Shown: in pieces, positions 33,823-43,800 of the stretch
How the letters are laid out: each line of letters starts with the position of its first letter
Position numbering within the stretch: position 1 is the stretch's first letter
Origin: a virus
Taxonomy: Duplodnaviria > Caudoviricetes
IMG/VR virus record: IMGVR_UViG_3300028615_000012
Span: 1-57,383 of that record
DNA: 57,383 nt
Strand: one strand, 5' to 3'
The notes under the pieces: model-generated
Told to the model about the DNA's origin: nothing
Databases searched by the model: none
What the model saw: only the letters and a program-made list of their open reading frames with translations
Made by a program: the position numbers and the translations under genes

Positions 33823-36800
33823 TACGGTCCAAGCCTCGTAAGTGTCATCCAACATCCACGGTGCATAACGACAGCCGTTGCGTCAGACACGTTTTGTGCC
33901 CACTGGAAATCGAGCGTACCGCCAGTCGTGGCGTTGGTGGTGAAGTGCGCAATGACATGGACACCCATCTGCCCCACGCCGCTGCTGCTGATACTGATTG
34001 ATGTCTCGATAGCTCGGACAAGTTCTGATGATGGCGTGGCAGAAAAGTCCTGCCCTGCGTGTTGCTTCCAATAGCCTTCTTGCGTCGTCTGACTGAAATT
34101 GAATCGCCACTTGAAGTCGGGGTTTGGGTCGCCGTCATAGCTAAAGAACATGTCGATTCGGTACGACGTGTCGGCCTCGAGATTCCACCCGCTAAGGTGC
34201 GTATCGTTGGTGAACGTCGTGCTGTTGCTAATCGACTGGCTGGCTGTCTTGTATTTCGTGACCTCGTGGAATTGACCGGCAACCGGAAAATCTTGGCCGG
34301 TATCGTCCGTAAACATGAGCGTGTTAGGAGCATCATTTCTTACCCACAGCTGACCTTGGCCGGCCAGATCCGTCGACGCCGCAGCCCGCTCGACGATGTA
34401 GACAACCTGCGAGCATTCCAGATCGCCGACGATGTCGACCGTAGTGGCCTGAATGTCAATCTCCGTGACTACGCCAGCGTTGCGGAATATCTGGAACACA
34501 TTGAAGTCCAGAACATCCGAATCGTCGTAACCGGAGAGGAACAGATCGCCGGCCGACTGGCGCCAGCGATAGACCTTTTCATCCAGAGCGGCGTCAGTCT
34601 CGCGAACCTCGATGTATGGCGCCGTCCCTTCGATCTCGAGATTGCCGGCGACGTCGAGCACCGTGCCATCCCACGTCAGGTTTGCGCTGCCCTCGATCTC
34701 GTCGGCCGTTGCCGCACCGACTGCGATCTGGTTGTCCGCGATGGATCCACCAATGGATGCGGCCAGCAAGTCGTGATCAGTGCCGGCGTCATCGGTAAAG
34801 ATGATCGTGTTCGGCGTGTCATTGCGGACCCATAGCTGACCTTGGCCTGCGGCAGGACTATCGTTGGTTGCCTGCTCGGCAAGGAATAGCGGTGCGTTTG
34901 CGGCGACCGTGAACGAGCCACCTGAGCCCGTTGTCCATCCGGCCGTAATCGTCGTCGACTGAGCGCCGACATCGTTCAGCTGCCAGTCGTTGCCGGCGTC
35001 ATCAGTAAACATCGGCACGTTTGGCGTGTCATTGCGGACCCACCACTGGCCTCGCTTCGCAGCATCGGCACCTGCAGATGCGCGCTCCATCTGGTACAGA
35101 GGCGGGCCGGCAGTCGACGCCATATTGTTAGCGCCGATCTGGACGTAATTGGCAATGCCGTTGGCTTGAAATACCGGAAGCGTACCGTCTTTGTCGTAGA
35201 CCTCGAATAGATCCGTTTCAAGCTGAATGCGACCGGTGCCAGCAAGGCTCTGCGTTTCGATTTTGAGAATCGTGCCGTTGGCGACGTACTCGCAGACCTG
35301 CGTCGCGCCGTCCCATTGTTCGATGATCGAGGCGCCAGCCGATTCCGGCCGAATCCGCACGTTGGCGTTTTCTCGCAAACCTGGAAGCGGGCTGCCGCCG
35401 GTCGTTACCTCCCCGTAGTACAGTGAAAACGCAGTCGTTGGGGTTTCAACAGCTGGCTCCGGCGACAGCGTAATCTGGACTGGCGTCGTGGCTGCCCAAA
35501 AGGTTCCTGAACCGTCTTTATTGACACAGGCAACCTCGAAATACCCGGTTTGCTCGGTCACGGAAATAACGGCGAACGTCTGCCAAGTAGAATCATCTTC
35601 TGGGTCGACAAAAGTCATCAGTGATCCCTGAGTAAGCCGGCGCAGGAGATCCTGCCTATCCGTGCCATCGGCATCGAGATCGTCAATGGACATCCGCTGT
35701 ATCGAGCCAATGGTTAAGCTATCGAAACGGAAGTTGCCGTTGCCGGGGTCGACTATTGTCGTGCCCGTGTCGTAATTCCACGTACTTGTGTGCGGTGAAA
35801 ACCCGCCCGCCGGGCTTGGGTCGCTCGTCAGATTGCTGAACGTGAACATCATCGGCTCACGCACAGTCGTCGAGAAGGCGTTGCCGTTGGCGACATACGC
35901 GACCGGGATCTCCCACCAGCCAGTGTTGTCGACTGCCGGACCGGTTGCCTCGTACACGGCCCAGACCGCGAGATCCTTTGTTTCAGCAATTCGGATCTGA
36001 GTACCGGCCTGTATGGCGCTCAACAGGCCTGCGGGATCTCGGAGCGTCAGTCCACCGTCATCGACAGCGATGGCCGTCACCAACGTCTGATCAGCATTGT
36101 TGAGTTTAAACCGCTGCTGCGTCGGGTCGCTCATGACCTGATTTGTATAGTCGTAGTCCCAGTATTCGGCGGTTTGGCCAAGATCGTAGACGGTCAGCGC
36201 GCGCTTGAGATCATTCGACACACCGGTCACGGTCTGGGCAACTGCAAGACCACCGTTGTTCTGAGCTCGCGCCCGCATAACTTCTGACGAGCCCGCATAG
36301 AAAAAGCTGGTTTCGCCGAGATTGTCGCACCGAACAAATGTCAAATTGCCGATACGTAACTCCACATCTCGACCGGCGTTCGCGTTCAGAAAAGTGCTGC
36401 TGTTCTGGTTGTGCTCGAGAAATGTGTGAGCAGAGCCGCCAGCCAGCGTCGACTGAATACGCACAGAATCATCTTGAGAGAAGTTACGGATCTCAAAATC
36501 GCCATTGCTTTGCGGTCCGACGTGGGCGTGTACGGCGCCGGTGTCGTCCTCGAAAACCAACCGCTTCTCCTCGGTAAAGCCAGTATTGACTCCGCGGATC
36601 CGCGCGTTGACGGTGTCCATGACAAAGTCGGTGCCCTTGAACTCGATCGGCAGCGTCGGTGCATTGAACCACCACAGCGCGCCGGTGTTTTGCACCTGCG
36701 CCAGCGCGATGACGCCGGTGTCCTCGCCGTACATGTTGAAAATGGCTTGCTGTGCATCGCCGCGGAGCGTCGACGACTCGCCGATCGTGACGACGGCATT

Positions 36801-37856
36801 GGCGTTCTGATCCGGATTGATGATCAGATTGTTGATGCCGGGGCCGACCCGCATGGTCGTGTTGGTCGCCGAAGCGTCGTAGACCTCGAGCGAATTGTCG
36901 ACGGCGTTGTACCGAATGTTGATCTCGCCGCCGGCCACGGTGCCGAACTGAACCTCGCCAGCGTCGTCCAGGATCAGATTCGATCCCGTGAGATCTATGT
37001 CGTTGGTCGTCGTGTTGCCGTTGTCGGTAACTGACTGCAGGGTATCGACGACGTTGAGCACCCAATCGGTGCCGGCGTCGTCAGTAAACACGAGCACATT
37101 CGGCGTGTCGTCACGGACCCAGATCGTCGCGAACGACGCGATCGGGCCGGGGAGCGGATTGGTTCCAGAGTTGCGCTCACCCATAACCAGCACGGCGCCA
37201 TCGGGCGCGCCGTCACCGAGAATTCGGAACTCATCGAGCCCGGTGAACTGAAACAGATCGACAATGCCCGTGGCACTGATCTGCATACCAGTCGGTGACA
37301 CGCTGCCGATTTCGACTGTGCCATCGGCCGTCGTGTTGCCGAGCTCGATGCGGCCAGCATTGCTGATAATGAACGCCGGCGTGTAAGGCGTGGCCGGGTT
37401 GATGATGATGTCGTTGGTCGTCGTGTTGCCAACATCCGTGACCGCCTGCAAGCCAGCCGCAGCCGGATTGTCGGGATCGAAATAGATCTGGAACGCGAGC
37501 GCATCGGTGCCAATGCGAATCGGATCAGTGTCGGTCGTCAGGATATACATGATCGGGTTGTCGCTACCCGACCGGCCGGCCGTGATCAGTGTGCTTTCGG
37601 TCGCGTCTCGTGTGCCGTCGAAGTCCGGCGCACGGCTCCATGAGCTCGAAAGATTGACCTCCCAGATCCCGTTCTCAATCGGGTTGGTCTGGCCGTAGAG
37701 CAGGATTCGATCGCCGTCACTCCATGTCCAGCCGTCGATCGGCCCAGGATCCCCGGAGAGCACCTGATTGACGTTTGTCGCGCGCTTGACCGGGACCTTG
37801 ATGGCCTTGCTGGCCAACACGCCATTGAATCTGTCCGTTGAGTTACTGACTGCCAT
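33822..37856 (-). CDS. Long tail fibre 1 (1344 aa)
   Basis: N-terminal anchor shared with fibre 2; four WVR[ND]D[TA]PN...FTDD[AT]G repeats; two LQ.VTD.GNTTTNDI repeats. Confidence 0.88.
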   Translation of the reverse strand: MAVSNSTDRFNGVLASKAIKVPVKRATNVNQVLSGDPGPIDGWTWSDGDRILLYGQTNPIENGIWEVNLSSSWSRAPDFDGTRDATESTLITAGRSGSDNPIMYILTTDTDPIRIGTDALAFQIYFDPDNPAAAGLQAVTDVGNTTTNDIIINPATPYTPAFIISNAGRIELGNTTADGTVEIGSVSPTGMQISATGIVDLFQFTGLDEFRILGDGAPDGAVLVMGERNSGTNPLPGPIASFATIWVRDDTPNVLVFTDDAGTDWVLNVVDTLQSVTDNGNTTTNDIDLTGSNLILDDAGEVQFGTVAGGEINIRYNAVDNSLEVYDASATNTTMRVGPGINNLIINPDQNANAVVTIGESSTLRGDAQQAIFNMYGEDTGVIALAQVQNTGALWWFNAPTLPIEFKGTDFVMDTVNARIRGVNTGFTEEKRLVFEDDTGAVHAHVGPQSNGDFEIRNFSQDDSVRIQSTLAGGSAHTFLEHNQNSSTFLNANAGRDVELRIGNLTFVRCDNLGETSFFYAGSSEVMRARAQNNGGLAVAQTVTGVSNDLKRALTVYDLGQTAEYWDYDYTNQVMSDPTQQRFKLNNADQTLVTAIAVDDGGLTLRDPAGLLSAIQAGTQIRIAETKDLAVWAVYEATGPAVDNTGWWEIPVAYVANGNAFSTTVREPMMFTFSNLTSDPSPAGGFSPHTSTWNYDTGTTIVDPGNGNFRFDSLTIGSIQRMSIDDLDADGTDRQDLLRRLTQGSLMTFVDPEDDSTWQTFAVISVTEQTGYFEVACVNKDGSGTFWAATTPVQITLSPEPAVETPTTAFSLYYGEVTTGGSPLPGLRENANVRIRPESAGASIIEQWDGATQVCEYVANGTILKIETQSLAGTGRIQLETDLFEVYDKDGTLPVFQANGIANYVQIGANNMASTAGPPLYQMERASAGADAAKRGQWWVRNDTPNVPMFTDDAGNDWQLNDVGAQSTTITAGWTTGSGGSFTVAANAPLFLAEQATNDSPAAGQGQLWVRNDTPNTIIFTDDAGTDHDLLAASIGGSIADNQIAVGAATADEIEGSANLTWDGTVLDVAGNLEIEGTAPYIEVRETDAALDEKVYRWRQSAGDLFLSGYDDSDVLDFNVFQIFRNAGVVTEIDIQATTVDIVGDLECSQVVYIVERAAASTDLAGQGQLWVRNDAPNTLMFTDDTGQDFPVAGQFHEVTKYKTASQSISNSTTFTNDTHLSGWNLEADTSYRIDMFFSYDGDPNPDFKWRFNFSQTTQEGYWKQHAGQDFSATPSSELVRAIETSISISSSGVGQMGVHVIAHFTTNATTGGTLDFQWAQNVSDATAVVMHRGCWMTLTRLGP

Positions 37857-37858
37857 GT

Positions 37859-40800
37859 CTAATCATCCCTGCTCGGCCCGAATAAATACTCGTACAGGGC
37901 CGTGTCATCATCCTCGAAAATTGCCCGATATGTCTTGCTGATCTGGCCAGTCGGCGTGTGTGTTGCTGTACCCACGACATCGAGGAACGCATCGACGGCC
38001 GCAGCATCCGCCTCTCCTTGTCCGGCTTGCTCGATCAGTCGCCAGCTGTCGTTCAAGAATACTCCGACTGGCGTGTTGCCGCCGCCATACTTCGCGGCGA
38101 GGAGCTCGCGGGCATACGGTACACCGGAAATCATTGAGTCTGCGGTGACTGCTGCAGTCCACTTGGCCCACTCCTCCGGCTCATCTTCCTCCTCCGGAAG
38201 CCGGTTATACAGTAGCGCGGAGGCCATGCCCTCGACCGTGAACAGAAGGAACATGTCGGCCGTGTACTTCGCAATCTGAGCCGGACTACGGAAGTTGGTC
38301 GACTTGGTTTTTTCGTAAGCAATGTTGCCCTTGGCCAGCATGTAGGACAGTAGCGTCGACCATATCCTGATCCACTGGGACTGACGGTTTTTGCGCAGGC
38401 CGCTGGTGCCACGCTCGAAACCAGAGCGATCAGAGAAAAAGCCGCTGGTCTGTGATGCCTCGACCTGAGTGTCCGCGTAAATGACCGCGTCGGCCTCGGA
38501 GAGCTCGAGCTCATTCAGCCCCTTGTGGTAGGCACCGAGCCATGTCGTGATGTCGACCACCTGCTGCGCTTTGGCGATCGGGAGAAAATACGTGTAGGCG
38601 AGCCGCGTCATAACGACTTTACTGGCCGTTGGCGTCGTGCCAAAAATGCTCTCGAGATGCGCGCGAGTGTCCTGCACGTCCTTGTTCCACGCGCCGATCT
38701 CATAGCGAGCGTTCAGAAACTTCGACGTTTCCATGACATGCTTCCACGCGGCCCGCGGATTCTGCATGAACTTGCCGAGGCCGCGGCCGTAGTGTGTCGC
38801 GCCGATAACCGCAATCGTCTGAAAGACGCCGGTGAACTGCAGGAACATGACTGCCATGTTCCAGCCGAGTTTCGCCTTTGTGAATCCCGTGCGTATCCAA
38901 GCGGTGCTCGCCTCCCAGATGTTTTCGCTTGGGAGCTCGCCCACGGCCGCGTCAGTGAGCCAGAGATTGAGCGCCTCGAGGGAATGCTCGTTGCCCGTTT
39001 TCTTGAACGCCTTGCGGACCTCACGGGAATCGAGCAGCCGCTTGATGTAGAGCGTTTCATCGCCTATGGCAATGTCGCGAATAACCTCGCGCAAATGCGT
39101 GTCGATATTGTTGAGGCCCAGTCGCACCACCTTGCCGTGATTGCGAACGCGATTGTAGGTTGCGCCGGCTCGCGTGTTCGCTGTCACCATTGAGCCGAAA
39201 GCGACCCGGTTGAACTCGTCCTGTATGTCCTGCGGCGCCGCTTCGGCCTCATAGCTTGAATCGTATCGGAGCGGATAGTAGCCGCCGGCCAGCGTTACCT
39301 CAGTGCCGTCGGCCGTGCGGATCGTGAACGGCAACGGCTCCACCTTTTGCGGAGCCACGCCGCGTCGACGCTTTTCAGCCTCGAAAATCTGATCTCGATA
39401 GGTGTCCAGATAATCCCAGATCCCCTGCACAAAACCCCAGTCCTGCGCCGTCAGATGCGCCAGCATTTCATCCACAGCCTGCTGCGTAAACACTGGTGCA
39501 CCCTCGTCCACGCCGCCCAGTAACGCCGCTCGGTTCGACTGTGACCCCCAGTTAAGCGCCACGGACAAAATCTCCGATCGCGAATAGGTGCGATCCAGCG
39601 ACTCGATCCGAATGTTTCGCTTGGCCAGCTGACCGAGCTCGGCTTTCGAGTAATGCTGTTGATAAATTTTGGACACATCCTCCTGCGCCTTGTGCAGCAT
39701 CGGGATCAATTTCTCAGCGTAAGCCCGCCGCATTGGCGCAATGATTCGCCGGGTCAGCGCACCAAATCCGGCGTTATCCAGGACGCGGGCAATCGAACTC
39801 GGTCGCAACCATGTGCGTATGCCCTGATCAATGCTCTTGCTAACCTGCTCGCGACCAGTGCGGACGCCACCCGGCCGGAGATCAATGCGCTCATTGTTTT
39901 CAAACAGTGACTCGACGACGTCGGCCTCGGCTTCCGAAAAGTCGACCCACTGATCGTTGACGTAATGCTTGTTGCTCGCGACCGCGGAGTGCTCGATCTG
40001 TTTGACCAGATCGCGCATGCCCATGAATTCCTCGAGCGTGAGATCCTGCCAGTTCACGCGGTCATCAAAGATCCGCGCCAGTGTCGAAGGCGTGACAATG
40101 AACCGGCCCTTTTCTACGTCGTCACGAAGGCTCTGCAGTCGCTTATCCATGTCGACCTGTGTCAGCGATCGACGGCGCAGATCAACCCCCTCGAGGATTG
40201 CCTGTATGTCCTCGAGCACACCGGCCTTACCCATCTTGCGTTGAATCGTTGGCCGATTGAATTTCGACAGATACCGCTGGCCAGCTTGTGCATCGCGCTG
40301 CGCTTTGTTTGCCGCGCGCCACATCTCGAGCGCATTGATCTGCTGCATCTTGTGCTTGTAGGCGGCCTGATAGTCTCGTCGCCGCATTGCCTCGAACGCC
40401 ATGCGTCCCGCTTTTCGCTCGGCCGCGAGATACTGGTGCGGCTTGATGTTGCGGATCTCTTTGGCTGCAATCGCCTGCCGGGCGGCAGCGCGAATCATCT
40501 GCACTTCCTTGCGACTTGGCAGCTGCGCTTTGTTGGCGGCGATGGCCTCGCGCTCCTGCCGACGCTCGGCCTGCTGCGCAGCGCGTACTGCCGGCCTGTC
40601 CTCGCGAACCATCCGCCGGAGAGCTCGCAGTTCTGCAGCAAGGATTTCCGCGCGCTTGTGATCGTGTACGGCGCGCACGGCATTGTCAGCCAATGTGCCG
40701 TCCGTCAATGGATCCGGATAGAGCTCGAGCATGCGGCGATCGGTTTCGGCTTTGATCCACGCCTTCATCTTTGGCGCCTTGATCATCTCCTCGATCATTT

Positions 40801-43800
40801 TCATGGCGTCTTTGTAGCCGAACATCTGCGCGGCTACCTGGACGTCGGTGCCGCCGTCCCGGCTGTAGATGTACGGCTTCGGCAGGCGATTGAGCATGGA
40901 CTGATCGCCGGCAACGAGCTCGAGCAGGGATTCTTTGTCGATCTTGAACGGGGCCGTCGGCGACGGCTCACCGTTGGGCTGCTGATCTTTTTGCAGCTTC
41001 GCAAGCGCCACATAGACGCGCGTGTTGTACGCCTCCTCCTCCACTTCGGCCTGAATAGCCTTGCGCTGCTCCTTCCACCACGCCAGCTGATCACGCCGCA
41101 TGGCTTTGATTAGCCGTCGTGTCTCGCGATCAACAGCATCATCATGCGCCGCCTGCAGTCGTCGCTTGTAGAGCGTGAACTCCTCCTGCGACATGCGCGC
41201 CTCCTCGGCGTTCAGGAACAGCGCGGAAAAGCCGTGTGACTCCTCGGCCAGTTTGATCTGCTCGTCACTGGCCAGCATGCGGTCCATAACGCCGCGGACC
41301 TCGTCGGTTAGCTCGACATTGGCCATCTGCGTCAGCTTGCGGTAAATCGCCTGCAGCCAGCGACGGAACGCATTGAACGAATCCTGTAGCTCGAGACTGG
41401 GGGCCTTGCCCTCCATCGTGTATTTCTCAAACGCCCGTGCCCACTTTTCGTGATGCTCGGTTGTTATCTGTGAGCCATCGGTGACGCCAAGGAAATTCAG
41501 AATTTTCGACCAGTCATCTTTGATCTGTTGCGGAGCGTCCTCCATGGCAGCAACACGACGCATGACTTCCAGATACAGATGCCCGGTTTCGTGAATGAAC
41601 GTCGAAAAGTCCGCGTTCTCGGTCAGACGGATGTAGCCTCGGCGCAAATCATCAAAGTCGATGTAGCCTCGCTCGTCCTGTTTATAGCGCCCATCCTTCG
41701 GCGGGATCGTGCCCTGATCCGCGCGGCTTTTGAGCTCGTCGCCGTACAGGTGATCCAGGAACCGGAAGTCATCGGCGAAATTGACGATGTTCTGCACCGC
41801 CTCGGTCGCCAAGTCGGGTGTAACCATGGCAAACGCCGATGCGTTTGTTGCATCCAATGCCTGAAAAAATGCCGCCGCGCCACCGCTCGATCGCAAGTTT
41901 TCCATCTGCTCTGTTGTCAGCGCGATGTGACCGATCAGTCGGTGTCGATTGTCGAGCAGATAAACGCCGGGATTTCGGCCAGCCTGCCGAATCATCGTGC
42001 GCATTGATTCGGGTCCTGTAATCGGCGCGGCGTCTGAGGGCGCAGCGACCAGTATTCGTTCTGTAACCGGAACACGCTTTTTGCGCCGCGCTTTTGTCGG
42101 CACGATCGGACCCAAGTCGCTGCCGTCTGCCGCCATGCGCCCCGCCTTACCGCCGGCGGCGACAATCACATGGCCCATGATGGTGACGCCGGTGCCGGCC
42201 AGCGTGTCCTGCAGCTTTTTCGTAATTCGCGCGTCGGCTTGTGACGGCTCGTTTTTGCCCGAAGGATGGTTGTGGCCGAACCAAACGTATTTCGCGCCCT
42301 TCGTATTGTGGATAGCGCCTGCCAGAACACTCGGAAAGACACCTGCGCCGTCCGTCGTGCCCTTCGTATGATGTATGACGGCGATCGGTTTTTGCTGCTC
42401 ATCCAGCACCAGCGCGACGAAATTCTCCTGCGCATTTTTTCGCACAGGCGCCAGAACATGCGCGGCATCTTCCGGTGTTTCGACCTTGTCAATGCCGATG
42501 TTAAATTGCTTGGTTTCCTCGTGCTTGACGCGAATCTTGTAGTTCGCAATAGATTCGGATTCGCGTATCTTGCCGGACAACGCGGCCGCACCGTACATGT
42601 CGCTGTCGACTGGCTCGCGCACCATATCGTCGCCGTCCTGTTCGGCAGGATTCAGTCCAGTCGACGTGTCGATGTAGTTACCGCTTTCATCGACGATGAT
42701 GCCGCGGTCCGGCTCCTCGAGCACGGTCCGAGGATCCTCGAGCAGCTTGTGCAGCTGGCTGTTCTGGCCAGCCTGCGGATTGACTGCACCCTCTGGCGCT
42801 ACAATGCCTCCCTCTCGATAGCCCGCCGCCACTCGATCACGCTGGCTGATTCCCGTAGCAGCTGCAGCGCCCGGTTGTACTTCATCTGCAGCACCCGGCC
42901 GTTCTGCACCCCGAGGCTCTGGTTGCGTAGGGTCAGTAATATCGCCTCGAGTTCCTCTTTGTTCTGTCCCGACATCTTGGAGGCTGTTGCCAAGATTGTT
43001 GAAAGAGTCGATGTCCTGCGCGTCCGCGAGCCACCGGTAGATTTCGTGGTTGGCATTGAGCGTATCCTCCAATCGTTTCCGCAACCCGGCCATGACTTTC
43101 GGCTCCTGGATCGCGGTCGCCATGGCGTTCTGCAAAGCAAAAATAAAATCATTGTCGTGCGACCACTCCGCGTAGTGAGCAATCTCGTGGATCATCGTGG
43201 TCAGCATCGACGCGGCTGTTACGTTGGCCGGCACTTCCCGGCCGTCCGTCTCGGCACGGGTACGCAACTCGCGAGGATCGGCCGCCGGGTTTATAAACAT
43301 CATCTGGCCCGGCACCTTGGTATGGACGCCGTAGTGCATCGGGCCCAATACGCTGACGCCGGCACCTATCTTGTCCAGACCGCCAAACATGTTTTTGTCG
43401 CCCTTGACGGCGATCAAATTGCGGGTGTCCAAAAACACCCGGCCGATCTCGTAAAAGTATTTATGGACCCGCTCCTCGCCGAACTTGTCGTAGAGCGCAT
43501 CCATGAGATCCGAGCCGGCGTACTCCTCGTGAGTCGACAACAATAGCTGGCGATCGTCTTTGAATTTCTTTTGGTTGTGCAGGATTGGTTCTTTGTTCGG
43601 AATTAAATCCTGATCGACCTGATACTCCGAAGTATCTACCCCGCTCAGATCTCGCATTTCCTCCGGCGTAATACGCTGCTGCTCGATGCCATCGACCACC
43701 AGAACACCGTCACGAACCTCGAGCATCGAACCCTCATCGAGACGCTCGACCAGACCTCCCCGCTGCCGCTCAGGCGGTTCCAGTTTGAGCTCGGGGCCGC

